Shown in pieces: positions 1 through 12,075 of a stretch of 64,000 nucleotides of DNA. The position numbers were made by a program, and so were the translations under genes. This DNA comes from Felis catus (Eukaryota): assembly GCF_018350175.1 (NCBI RefSeq), contig NC_058383.1, forward strand, positions 30,816,001 to 30,880,000, read 5' to 3'. Position 1 is the stretch's first letter. Every line of letters begins with the position of its first letter. The notes beneath the pieces were generated by a model. That model saw only the letters and a list, made by a program, of their open reading frames with translations, did not search any database and was not told where the DNA came from.

Positions 1-869
1 GGTCTCCCCCCCCGCTAAGGTCCAGCCCTCCCTTTGCTCCCTGGGCCATTTTCCGGCCATCTGGACTCGGCCCAGCCCGGGGTCGTCCTCTGGCATTGGA
101 TGCCCTTTGGGAGCGCCGTCCCGTGGGCAAGCCCTGGGGAGGCCTGGTAGAGGACGGGACCTTTAAGGTCTCGGAGGCCCCAGCAGAGCCCCGTGTGGTG
201 GTGACACCACCTAGTCTGAAGGATCCCGCTGCTGCGCTTTGAAAACCAAAGGAGCCATTCTGAGAACGGTGGGCGGGCCCCGGGCCGGGGCAGACCAAGC
301 TCCTGGTGGAGGTGACGGAAGACGAGGCGCGCAGCTGTGCAGAAAGAGCTCCGGCCACACGTCAGACACTGTGTGTGGCATTGGTGGGAGGCCGCTGGCT
401 ATCCCAGGGGTCCGAGATGGCACCTGTGAATGGGTCCTGGGCACGGAGGACCAAGGAAGTGGAAAGGAAGGTTGCCAGAGTCCCCCTTGATAAGGGTGTC
501 AGCATCCTGTGACAGAAGAGGCTCGCGGAGGGCGAGGACCTGCCCGGGACGCCCAAAACTGGAAAGAGCTGCCTGAGTCCCAGACGCAATTCCCTTCCAC
601 ACGTCGCTGCCTCCTGGACACAGTGCAGAGGATGCTCCCGTCAAGGGTGCCGAGATCCGGTTCCGTGTGCCCTCCTGCCTGGTGCACCTTCCCCTGGGGC
701 TTCTGCGTGGGGATTCGTTTTGAAACTCCCTGGCTCTTCCTCCTCCGTCCTCTCTGCTGCTCCCTCTCAGGGCCCGACTTCTACAAGGCGGGTGGGCGGG
801 GGTCCGTCCCCGTCTCTTTCCTCAGCCACTCTGCCCAGTCTCCTAGCATGACGTGCCACCAACACTCAG

Positions 870-1795
870 TGACCCCTGTAAGTCGGTTCCCAGCCCAGAC
901 CTCCATCCTGAAGGTCGGGCTCTTACACTGAGGGCCCTTCACCATTTCCCCTGGGATATCTGACCAGCATCTCAGGTGTAACATGTCCCAAGCAGCCTCC
1001 TTGACTCCCCCATGGCCATCCCCACTTTATAAATGGCAAGTGTCTCCTTCGTGTCCCCTACACCAGCAACCGTAGCACCGTCCTGATTCCTCTCTCTTCA
1101 TGCCCCTATCGACCCAGTGGCAAATCCCGTCCTCCCTACTTCCAGAGCACCTCCTGAATCAGCGCTGTCTGCCCGCACCAGCCCGGCCCAGCCGCCCTCT
1201 CCTGACGCCCGAGTGGCCACATGATCCTCCACCTGGCCTCTCTGCTCCCTTCCCGATCGCACATCCTCATTCACAACAGAGCTCTTCCCTGTGGTGGCTC
1301 CCATTTCACTCCACGTGGCAGCCGGCGTCTTCCCTGGACTCCGTGGCCCTATGTGACTGGGCCTCCTCCTTGCCTCCCTGACTGCCCTGCCTCTTCCCCC
1401 TTGTTCACTCTGCTCCTGATCCTGGCTGCCTGCTGTGGCCAAGAAAGCTCTGCCTCAGGGCCTTGGCACATGCTGTTTCCTCCGCCTGACACATCCCTCA
1501 GGTCTCCACACAGTGTCAAACTCTCCTGGTGGCCTGCCGCAGCCGTACGCAACACCTCCCCACCAGGCCCCTTCCCCATGCACCCCCATGGGATGTCTTT
1601 GGCCATTTTATTTTTCTCCGTAGCAATTACCATCTGACATATCCCCCTTTACTTCTTCATTTAACGTGTCTCTCCTCCACTAGAATATGCATGAGGGCAG
1701 GGACATTCATTCACTGCTGAGTAAATACTAGTATCTGAAATGGTCCCAAGTAGGCACACGGCAGTATTTGCTGAGGGACGGGGGGATGGATGGAG
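870..1795 (+). mobile_element. L2 (L2a-like) 3' region
   Basis: Degenerate L2 motifs (cagggccttggcacatgctgtttcctc; gagggcagggac; tail gtaggcacacggcagtatttgctgagggacgg...gatggatgga). Confidence 0.7.
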
Positions 1796-3129
1796 GACTC
1801 TTGCTCTGGTCCACACCTGCTCACGTGCTTCTAGGGCTGCAGGCTGCTCTCCCACCCCAGCCCCGGGTGCAGCGGCTGTGCCTGTCCCTGGAGCCCTGGC
1901 AGACCGGGGGGGGGGGGGGGGGAACTGCCTTAGCCCAGTCTTACCTTTTAGAGTTTAGACTAATTATCTCTCTCTATTTTACATATTTTAAGGCAATCCT
2001 AATCATTTATATTTAAAATTCCTGTTAAAAAATGTACACGCACAGAAATAGGTGCTTAAATGCCTCGTTTCTCATTGAGTTTTCTTGGTTTTCCAGTCAA
2101 AACGACCGCTTTAACGGCAGGGGTTCTACGTGTAGTAAGACGTAAAGATTCCCCCCTTAGTTCTGTTTACAGTGACCCATCTGTATTTCTAGGCTGCTCG
2201 CATTATGCTGCTTGGGTTGAACCAAGGCTGGAAAGGGGGGCTTGGTTTCTCCTCCACAGAGCTCCACACCGACTCCGGGCCGGGTGGTTCTGTGTTCCCT
2301 GCGTCAATCCCCGCGGCCACGTTGTGAGGTCTGGGTGATTAGTAACTTTCTGTGGATGAAGAAATGGGAGGCACAGAGGGAACACTGCCCAGGGTCATGG
2401 AGCTGAGAGTCTGACTGGGAAGTTGCCCCACTTTCCACTGTGCACGTGCAGACTGGAGGCCAAAACGACAAACTTCGGTCCCCACCAAAGCATAGGTCTC
2501 GCCCTTATTGTCAAATTCCCCCAAATACCTGGGCTGCTCAGGCTCCCCAAGGACTCGCCACTTCCTGATGTTTCTTTACTCAGAAGCGACTTGCACCCTA
2601 AGGCGGTCACACACCTCCAACCTCTGCCTCCTGGCAATGAGCCAGACCCGAGACGGCCCGTGTCCTGCTGAGGCTGGAGGAGGCAGCCGGGGGACTAGAA
2701 GATGACCCGGCCTGGCACCTGCAGGGCTTTGGTGGCTCAGCTGGACAGAGTGGGGGGGGGCCTGTCTGTGTCTGATGAGAAAACCGGCCCAGGAGCTCCC
2801 ATGCCCCAAAGGAGGAAGGGGGCTTACCTGCCCTGGCTAAGGGGCTCAGGGCCGCTCCCTGTATGCCGGCTGTGCCAGGGGGCCACCCCCAGTGCCTTCA
2901 CAGCAGGAGGCAGGCAGACCTCTCGCCCGACTGCTCCTCCTGCCCCTCCCCGAGCCTCCAGGCTGACCCATAACTCCCTGCGGCCAGAGACGGCTGGTTT
3001 GGTCTTAGAGCCTGGCGTGGTGCCTGGGGCCTGACGGGGGAGAGGAGTCGCGGCGAGGAGTTTTAAACGAAGGAATGAATCTCCAAGTAGAGGGACCGCA
3101 GGTCTCATTTTGACCCTGGCACCTTCAGC

Positions 3130-4650
3130 ACGGCTGTACTGATGTAACACAAAAAAGACTTTACATCAAAAAAGGTACAAGAGACGAGGAAGGCTGTGAT
3201 AGGTTAAGAAAAGGTTCAATATAGCAAAGAGACGGAACAGTTACAAACATTTACCCATCAATAACGGTCCACCAAAATATGCCAAAATGGACAAAAGTCA
3301 AAGGAGGAACCGTTCTACAATTATAGGCGAAGACTTCCGTATCCACTGTTAATCATGCACAGAATCACCAGACAGAAGTAGAGGCCCGAACAGCCAACTG
3401 ACAGATGCACACAGGACCCCACCCAGCAACGGCCGATTCTTAAGTGCACGAGGGATGTTTTCCAGCGTAGACCGTATGTTAGCCCACAGAACAGATCTCA
3501 AGCGATTTAAGAATTATCTTCTCCGACTGCAACAGGATGAAGTCAGAAATCACGAACAGAAGGAAAACTGGAAAATTCACCTATCTGTGGAAATTCAAAC
3601 GCTCTCAAACAACCTGACGGAGCAAAGAAGAAATCCCAAGGGACATCAGAAACTGCTTCCAGCTGAACGGAAATGAAAACACACCATACCAAGACCTCTG
3701 GGATCCAGTGAAACCAGTGCTGAGGCAGAAGTTTACAGCTATGAACACTCGCCTTAAAAAAAACAGACCTAAAATCGACAACATAACTTGACACCTTCAG
3801 GAAGCAGAAAATGAACAAACTGAACCCACAGTTCGCAGGAGGAAGAAAACGATAAAGGTGAGAGCAGAGACAGACAAAATAGGGAACGGAAAAGGAGAGA
3901 AAATGAATGAAACTAAACAAGTTGGTTCTTTGAGAAGATCCACAAAATTGACAAACCTTTAGCAAGATGGACCCAAGGGGGGGGAAGGCTCAAATGACCA
4001 AACCCCGAAATGAAAATGGGGACGTGATCACTGATGCTACAGAAACAAAAACAACCATGAGAATGCTGCGAATGACTGTGTGCCATACGTTGAATAACTG
4101 AGATGAAACGGACCAATTCTTAGAAGCACAAAGCTTACCAAGACTGAATCCAAAACATAAAAAATCCAAAGAGACCTGTCCTGGTAGGAGGATGGGATCA
4201 GTGATCCAGAGTCTGACAAGGGCCAGGCCGGCAGCTAATGGCTTCACTGGGGAATTGTGCCAAACATTTAAAGGACTAACAACAGCCCTTCTCAAACTTT
4301 CCCCGAACATCAAAGAGGAGGGAGCACTTCCTAACTCCTTCTACGAGGCCAGCATTGCCCTCGTGACGAGCTGAAGACACTACAAGAAAACTGAAGACCA
4401 GTATCCCTGATGAACACTGATGCCAGATTCTTCAGCAAAATACTGGCAACCTAAATTCAGGAGCATATTAAAAGGATTCTACACCATGATCAAGTAGGAC
4501 TTATTCCTGGATTGCAAGGATAGTTTAACAGACAAAAATCACTCAATGTAATATACCACATTCCCAGAATGAAGGGGGGGAAGTGATCATCTCAACAGAT
4601 GCAGAAAAAGGATTAGACAGAATGCGACATGTCTACAGCAAAAACACCCT
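3130..4650 (+). mobile_element. Decayed L1 ORF2 5' portion (endonuclease, linker, start of RT)
   Basis: A-rich strand with L1 ORF2 remnants: FSSVDRMLAH, GFTGELCQTFK, EEGALPNSFYEASIALV, agaccagtatccctgatgaac; many stops and frameshifts. Confidence 0.9.
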
Positions 4651-5171
4651 TGATTTCCAAAGCACAACCCGGTGCCTGGCCATGAGGTAACCCTCTTAGC
4701 AGCCCCGAGAGGGAGGATGTACAGTTGTGCCCACGTTATGGAGCAGGTAACTGAGACCCAGTAAGGTCCAGTAACCTCCCCCTGCGCACAGGCCTGTTGA
4801 GCAACAGGACTTAGACCATGCGCAGGAAGCCATGCCCGTGCCGTGGACGGTAATTATCACGGAAGCAGCAACAGAGACGGCAGGAGTGTGCACCACGTTC
4901 ACGATGGGCCAGGCAGTGGCCCGGGGTCAGCCCTCGCTCCAGCACAACCAGGCATGGGCTACTGATAACTGCATTTTACAGACAAGGGATCTGAGGCCAG
5001 AAGAGGTGAAGAACTCGTTCTAGGGCCGGAGTCCCCCGGCCCTCGGTCACTGTCCTACACTGTCTGGCAAGGTGAGGACCAACCTCCCTCTTTAACATAC
5101 ACATCTGAATCATAAAGCTGTCCTTCCTTGCGCAGATCACCCTGGGGGACGTTGCTGCCGACTGTTCAGTG

Positions 5172-5380
5172 CAGAAGTTGGCAAGCTTTTTCTCTACAGG
5201 GCCAGTGAGGAGTTTAGGCTGCAAAAGTCATACAGGCTCTGATACTCATCTCTGCCATTGCCATGTCGCAGCGGCCATGGACGGTATATAGTGGATGGCC
5301 GTGGCTGTGTTCCCATTAACCTTTTTCAAAATAAGTAGCAAGCCAGATCTGGCCCCCAGGCTATAATCTGGGGACCCGTG
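5172..5380 (-). mobile_element. MER58A-like hAT-Charlie MITE
   Basis: gttggcaagctttttctctacagggccag...gtggctgtgttccc...gccagatctggccc matches the reverse MER58A consensus. Confidence 0.75.
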
Positions 5381-5387
5381 GTTTAAA

Positions 5388-5603
5388 TTTTTTTTTTAAC
5401 ATTCATTTATTTTTTGAGACACAGAGAGAGTCGGAGCGTGAGTGGGGCAGGGGCAGAGAGAGAGGGAGACACAGGATCGGAAGCAGGCTCCAGGCTCTGA
5501 GCTGTCAGCACACAGCCCGACGCGGGGCTTAAACTCATAAACTGTGAGGTCATGACCTGAGCCGAAGTCGGACGCTTAACCGACTGAGCCACCCAGGTGC
5601 CCC
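5388..5603 (-). mobile_element. Can-SINE (SINEC_Fc-like)
   Basis: Poly-T, (GA)n, gaagcaggctccaggctctgagctgtcagcac, ends gagccacccaggtgcccc; degenerate TSD ggacccgtgg(t/g)tta. Confidence 0.95.
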
Positions 5604-6845
5604 ATGTGGACCCGTGGGTTAGACAATAATGCGGCCAGTTTTGAACCATCCGATCTCCTTTATTGAGGCTACGAGCTGGGTGAGGGCCAGTCTGGGCTCA
5701 GAGAACAGAAGAAAATGGCCTGGTCTTTGCTTTCTTTATGTAAGGATTCTAGAGGAAGGGGGCTCCTCAGTCTGTTGGAAACTAGCTTCTCCAAAAACCC
5801 CCTGCTGGCCAAGGCCCTCATCACCTCCAACTAGGAGCTGAGCGCTGCTCTCTCAAAACACGCCGCCTACAGGAGGGCACGGGCTCGCTCAAGGTCGCCA
5901 ATCAGTCCCTGAGCTCCGGCAGCAAAAGTCCCAGCGAGAAGAAGCCAGGCAGGGCGCGCCGGGACGATGACTGTGTAACAGGGGTTGCCGCCACCTGTGC
6001 GCAGTGGGAGTCCCTGTCACGCCCTCCTTAGGGGGCTGCAGGCCCTCCGTGTTTAAAGGGATGCACTTGGTAAGCCAGTTACTCAAGGGAACTCTATGAA
6101 GCTACCTGAGAGCAGGGGCTGCCCCCTTGTCATCTGCCCCCACCGCCTCTTTTTCTGATCGTTTGTATTTCTCTGAAGGCTACCAACTGTCTGTGCTTAG
6201 TAACTCTTGGAGGAAGGAGGGAAGAGCGTGCCTGGGCCTTAGAGTCTCGGAGAGATGGCTACTGAAAGCCAGCTGTGATGCTTCCAAGCTGTGCGAACGG
6301 GGGCAAGTTGCTCAACTTTGCCGACTCTCTGTCTCGTCTGTGCATAACATCCAGAGGCTGGCCACGATAGTGTCTAACAGCTGGTGACTCATGTGCCAGG
6401 GACTGTCCACACAAGTTGGGTGACATCTCGCTGACCCCAGGATTATTTGCGTAGGAACGATCTGTCGTGACCTTCCTCGGTTTCTGGATTTCTGAGCCTG
6501 CTCGGCACTCTCCACTCCACTAATCCTTGGGACTTGCGTAGCTCTGATGTTCTACAACAGGATTGCGAATGAGCTCGTTACCACCCTTCCCTTGGAAGCC
6601 GTGGGCATCTCGCCAGGGAGGCTTTGCCGGATTCCCTGCCTGAGTCCCTGCTGGGCCACTCAACAGCTGTGCGACCAGGAGCAAGTCGTTACGCCTCTCT
6701 GGGCTTCATTTTCACTGGAAGCGGGGTAAGGGAAGATGATGACCGCGACAGTTCTCTTAAAGCCGTTAATGGGGATGTCTCATGAACCGCTGACCCCAGG
6801 GTCAGTGAGGAACAAGGAATGGAAACTGATGAAAAAATTCCTGCT

Positions 6846-7043
6846 GGGGTCACCTGGGTGGTTAAGCGTGCGACTCGTGATTTCGGCTCAGGTCATGATC
6901 TCACAGTTCACGGGATCAAGCCCGGTGTCAGGCTCTTTGCTGATAGCACAGGGCCTGCTTGGGATTCTCTCTCCCCCTTTTTCTCTGTTCCTCCCTCTTG
7001 TGCTCTCTCACTCTCCAATTAAGTAAATGAGTATTTAAAAAAA
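6846..7043 (+). mobile_element. Can-SINE
   Basis: gggg head, gctcaggtcatgatctc, CT tract, A tail; TSD aaaaaattcctgc. Confidence 0.92.
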
Positions 7044-7821
7044 TTCCTGCAGAACAAATGAATCCCTTAATGGAACTGCCTCTGCTGATGTGAGCAGTTC
7101 CTGTGGCTTTGGAATGTGGCAAGGCAGCTGGGTCTAGAGTCCAAGGCTTCCTCTGGGAACTCACGGTGTGCCCAGGACTTAGCCTCTTCCCCTGCCTTGA
7201 CCCCGCCCCCTCTCCCCAGTGGGTCTCTTCCTCACCCTTAACGTGAAAGCCCTGGTTCTCCCTGCACGGATGGGAGAGCTCCTGACAGGTGGTAAGAGGA
7301 CCTTCGTCCTGGACGACTCTTCCACATTCAGAGTCTCTCCAGTGCCCAGCCCACGGGCTGGGAGAAAACTCTACAGCAGCAGTCACACCTGGGGTATCTA
7401 CAACCCTAGGCAGCCCCCTGCAGCCTCCCAAGTTCATTAATTCATCCTGGTAAATACAACCAGACTGCCTTGCCAGACAGAAGACACCTGCTAAGGAGGG
7501 CTAAGGCACACTTCCCGCTCCGTGAGGAGTGATGAGCCAGGGACGTGCAGAAGATTCCAGCCCAGAAGCAAGATCTCGTGGCTCCCTGGGCGTGGATGCC
7601 CGGCCCAGAGGCGTCACAGGCTTCTTACACAAATGCTTGCTGGGGTAGCTGGCTGTGGCTTGACTCACAGCTGGAGGACAGACCCCCAGAATGGACACGT
7701 GTGTCCACTCCCCTTCTCTCCTTTCAGGGGACGGCCCCCACTGAAACCACGTTCAGTCCAGAAGTTGAGAAGTGGCTGAATGCCCCACCCCTTCAGCCCA
7801 GAGTCGGCAAATTTGGCTAAG

Positions 7822-8200
7822 GGGATTCCATTCTCCAGACATGGGCTCAGAGACGAGCCGATGACACAAGGCTTGGCCCATCAGAAACTTCGCTGGAATG
7901 TCGGCTGGGCCTCCTGGGAAGGATGTGATGAGTAAGTCTTCCCTAGACTCTGGCTGGAGCCAGTGAGGGAGTGCGCATTCCCAGGACCCGCATCTACAGG
8001 CTCCATAAGGGCCACAGTTCTGCCAGATGGAGGACACCTGCTTGCGAAACGAAGGGTGACAGTATGTGAACCTCTGGATCCAGCCACTGAAGCTACACTA
8101 TCCCCGGGCTTTGCAGTTACGTGAACCAATCAATACTTCTCTTCAGCTTAGGCTAATTCAAAGTGGGTTTCAGAAATTTTGCAAACCAGAGTCCTTTGAG
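7822..8200 (+). mobile_element. MaLR LTR fragment (MLT1J/K-like)
   Basis: ctggatccagccactgaagc...ttgcagttacgtgaaccaatcaa...cttaggctaattcaaagtgggtttc 3'-end motifs. Confidence 0.6.
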
Positions 8201-8341
8201 ACACACAGCATGCTTCTGGGATCTTTAGAGATGCAGACAGCATCTTGAGTGCCTGGCATGGGTCAAGACACCTTACTAGATGCCTTTCTCCTATTTTGCC
8301 ATTTAGCTAATAACTTATTTTTATTTATTGTTTTGAAGTGG

Positions 8342-8553
8342 TTTTTTTTAATGTTTTTATTTATTTTTGAGAGAGAGAGACAGAGCACAAGCGGGGGAAG
8401 GGCAGAGAGAGGGGGAGACACAGAATCTGAAGCAGGCTCCAGGCTCCGAGCTGTCAGTACAGAGCCCGACGCGGGGCTGGAACTCACAAACTGTGAGATG
8501 ATGACCTGACCCAAAGTTGGATGCTTAACCGACTGAGCCTCCCAGGTGCCCCC
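8342..8553 (-). mobile_element. Can-SINE (SINEC_Fc-like) inserted in the tail of an older SINE
   Basis: Full body ending cccaggtgcccc; flanking ttttgaagt duplicated. Confidence 0.95.
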
Positions 8554-8565
8554 ATTTTTTTTGAA

Positions 8566-8722
8566 GTTTTTTTTTAATGTTTATTTATTTTCAGAGAGGT
8601 AGGGAGAGAGAGAGAGCGAGCGAGCGTGGGAGAGCGCTAGCAAGCTGGGGAGGGGCAGAGAGAGGATAGAGAGGATCCCAAGCAGTCTCTGCGCTGTTGA
8701 GGTGGGGTTCAAACTCTCACCT
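8566..8722 (-). mobile_element. Older 5'-truncated Can-SINE
   Basis: tttaatgtttatttattt, GA tract, gatcccaagcagtctctgcgctg, ggggttcaaactc. Confidence 0.8.
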
Positions 8723-8884
8723 GATGGGAGCAGTAATGGGGTGTCAGGACAGCCAAAGGACACTCTATGAATCCAGAGACGTGGCCAAGGTCTGCACTCA
8801 GGAGGGAGGTTTAAAACTGCAAGAGGGAATGGTTACAGCCTGGGCCCCCCCCCCCCCAAGTCACACTGATCTGGTCTGAGATAC

Positions 8885-9065
8885 AGGCACCATCACTCAC
8901 TCAGTATGGATCTTTGGCCAAGTTCATTAGCCTCTTTGAGCCTCAGTTTCTTAATCTGTAAAATGGGCCAAAACATGGTAATCACTCTCATAGGGAAAAT
9001 TATAAAAACTAATGAGATAATTCCGGCAGTCACAAAGTGCTCAATAAATGCTGACCACCATAATA
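8885..9065 (+). mobile_element. MIR
   Basis: ggccaagttcattagcctctttgagcctcagtttcttaatctgtaaaatggg core and gtgctcaataaatg tail. Many other MIR relics exist (about 4690-5030, 12290-13090, 18200-18400, 36680-36850, 41720-41980, 42600-42790, 46920-47140, 57080-57240). Confidence 0.85.
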
Positions 9066-9569
9066 GTAATATCCCCGTTACTGAGCGTTCACTCCCTGAC
9101 ATAACGCATGTTCACAAAGCATATCCCTCGTTCGCATGCACAACTATCGCACAACAAGTTGGTGGAGAAAACACTGGAGATTCCAGATCTGGGTAAGATG
9201 GAGTAAATGCCACCAAATGTAGCTACGAAAACGTACAGAGTACATGAGGCAGCTACTGATGGGCTCTGGAAAGGAAATAATGGCAGGTGGACTGGGGGGA
9301 GACGACCAGAATTTGAGGTACCATCGAAGCTGCAGCGAGTTTACCACCGTTTCCCTCAAGGACCGTCCAGCCTGGACTCGAGTCAGCCCGACATCTGGAA
9401 ATGGCGCGGGGCACACACAGGCCTCCAGGTGAGCCCTCTGTTTCTGGCTCAAAGGGCAGGAACGTGGCCCTGAATGCTCGGTGTGGTGGGGAAGGGGAGC
9501 CCGTGTTTCTCTCGCTTTTCTCGGTTCTGTCGTGCCTCGGTCTGCAGCTGTCCTCGGTCTGAGAGAGGG

Positions 9570-9989
9570 TGTGGTAAGAGGAACCAGGGCTCCCCCGAGG
9601 CGGCCATGTCCTCATCGCTGTTGTTCATATGACAAGAGGGACTTTGCACATGTGATTAATTTAAGGCCTGGAGAGGAAGAGGTGATCTCAGATTTTCTGG
9701 GTGCACCCAGGGTGGTCACAAGGGCCCGTAAATGAGGGAGGCACGAGAGCAGAGTCTCAGAGCAGCCGACAGAAGTGGTCATCCCTGGACAAAAGGAGGA
9801 CGCAGTGTGGTGGTTCTAGAAGCTGGAAGGGGCAAGGAAACAGATTCTGCCCTGGAGCCCTGGGGAGGAGCCAGCCCTGCTGACACCTTGACTTCACACT
9901 GATCTTGGACTTCCGACCTCCAGGACTCTAAGAGAATAAATTCCTGAGTTTGTGGTGTTTAGTTTCAGTGGCCACAGGAAACTCACACA
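9570..9989 (+). mobile_element. MaLR solo LTR (MLT1C/D-like)
   Basis: TG...CA ends, gggactttgcacatgtgattaa, ctagaagctggaaggggcaaggaaacagattct, gctgacaccttga, gagaataaatt. Confidence 0.85.
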
Positions 9990-10028
9990 GGAGGAAACTT
10001 TCCTCTTGCATCAGAAGAGCTTGGGCCT

Positions 10029-10239
10029 GGGACGCCTGGGTGTTTCAGTCGGGTGAGTGTCTGACTTTAGCTCAGCTCATGATCTCCTGGTTCATGGGTT
10101 CAAGCCCCGCATCGGGCTCTGTGCTGATGGCTCAGAGCCTGGAGCCTGCTTCGGATTCGGCATCTCCCTCTCTCTCTGCCCCTCCCCCGCTTGCACACTC
10201 TGCGTGCGTCTCTCTCTCAAAAACAAATAAACATTAAAA
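10029..10239 (+). mobile_element. Can-SINE (SINEC_Fc-like)
   Basis: gggacgcctgggtg...gctcagagcctggagcctgcttcggattc...aaataaacattaaaa. Confidence 0.95.
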
Positions 10240-10309
10240 GACGAACGGTGGTCCTTTTCCTCTCTGGGTCCCCTCCACTTGGCTCTGGGCACGAGAGCAG
10301 TCGTGGGGA

Positions 10310-11360
10310 GTATGTCAACCTGACCACATCCTCACACCTTACAGAGAAGTTAACGCAAAAGCAATCACAGATCTAAGCATCATATTACAAAATTTTTAGA
10401 AGGAAACCTGAGAGAAAAGTCTTTGTGACCCTGGTTTAAGCAAAGAGTTCTCAGGACACCGAAAGCATGATAAAAAAAAACCGAGGTCTGGATCTCATCA
10501 AAATTAGTGACTCTTGTCACAAACAAGACACTGTTCAGAAATAAGAAAAGAAAAGCTACAGACTGGAGAAAATACGTGCAAATGAACCTTCCGACGAAGC
10601 ACTTACACAGAGACTATAGAAGGACCATCAAAACACAACAGGAAAAGAAAAACCACCTAATTTTTAAAAATGGGGACAAGACATGAATAGACCTTTCCCG
10701 GAGGAAAGACGCTGAAGAAAAATCAGCACATGAAAAGATGCTCAGCATCAGAAGGGAAATGGCGAGATCTCCACCCCCGGTGCGCGGCGCCTGAAACCCT
10801 ACGCCACGCGGGAACACGGGCTGGCCGTTTTCGTACACTTACCACATGACCCAGCCCATCCCCCGCTGAGGTATTTACCCTAAAGACACGAGCATTTTAG
10901 TCCACATAAAAAGCACACGAGTGTTTGTATTCGCTCAAAACTGTCAACAACCGGAAACAACGCAGGCGCCTTGTGAATGGCTCCACGGTGGTCTCTCCAC
11001 ACCCTGGAATGCTCCTCAGCCATCAGAGGACCGAACCTCAGGTACACCCAACTCGCGAGCATCGCAAAGAACGGTGGCGAGTGAGAGAAGCCGGTCTCCA
11101 GAGGGCACTGTGGATTCCACGCAGAGGACGTCCTCGGGAGACAAAACCACAGCGATGGAACAGATCAGCGGTTGCCAGGGTGAGGGCGAAGAGTGTGCGA
11201 CCGTAAAGGGACAGCATGAGAGCGTACTGGTGGGTGACACAACTGTCCCGTATCCTGAGTGTGATGGTGTGGATACTCAACTGACTACACGTGCATTCAA
11301 GTTTACAGACCTCAACTCCAAGCCAAAAAAGATCCTTTTACTGCGTGTTAACTTCATTTT
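10310..11360 (+). mobile_element. Old L1 3' end (L1MC/L1MD-like)
   Basis: ttagaaggaaac...gtgaccctgg, gactggagaaaatac, catgaaaagatgctcagcatca, accacatgacccagc, gatcagcggttgccaggg. Confidence 0.85.
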
Positions 11361-11584
11361 TCTCTTGGCCACGTCAAGGCAAGCGGGACTCTGGTAGGTA
11401 CATTGAAGGCCCTCGTGTGGCCCTTTCTGGAGCACAGCGGAGTGAGCCCCAGTGCTGGGGCGGTCGTCCCTGGCTTCCCTCTACCTTCTCCCTGAGTGAA
11501 ATCTCACTCACCCTAGAGACCCACCCTCGTGCGCCCTCCACCCCATCTCCCACACTCCCCTCTCCTCCCTAAAACAAGTTACTT

Positions 11585-12075
11585 GTCTGTGCTAGTTGTG
11601 AAATTGGCCCCAATTTTCCACCACTCGCTGCCTCGTCCTCTGCCCTGTGACTTTGCAGGGACCTCCCATTCTGACTCTGGTCTCTACCTGGGGAACGCCG
11701 GGGCCAAGGGGAAAGTTAGCGAACGTGACACAGAGCTTGGAAAGTGCTACGGGGGGTGGGCCTTTCCCGCTCTCGCTCTGCCACGCATACCTGGCCAGCC
11801 TCAGGGCCCCGGCTGCCTCATCATTCCCAGCCGAGGCCATCCTGGACCAGCAGACAGCCAGCCGATCCCCAGACCTGGAGGCAGACGAGGCCACGACCGG
11901 CCGGCCTCCCGGGCGGAAACCGGCCCACCGAGCGGGAAGTGACGGCGGATCGATCGCATTTTGTGGGAAGAGGCCACCTGGTTGGCAGAGGGCCAGCAAC
12001 TTCCTGTGTGCCTCGCCTCCTTGGGACCAGAGAGCTTTTATTACTGTCACTTCTTTACTAACCCCAAAATAGGAC
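11585..12075 (+). mobile_element. MaLR LTR (MLT1G/H-like)
   Basis: aattggccccaattttcc...gccctgtgactttgcag...ccgaggccatcctggaccagc. Confidence 0.6.

Noticed and set aside
3455..4374. ORFs with endonuclease/RT-like peptides
   Set aside because: Frameshifted remnants of a dead L1 ORF2, not a domesticated gene.
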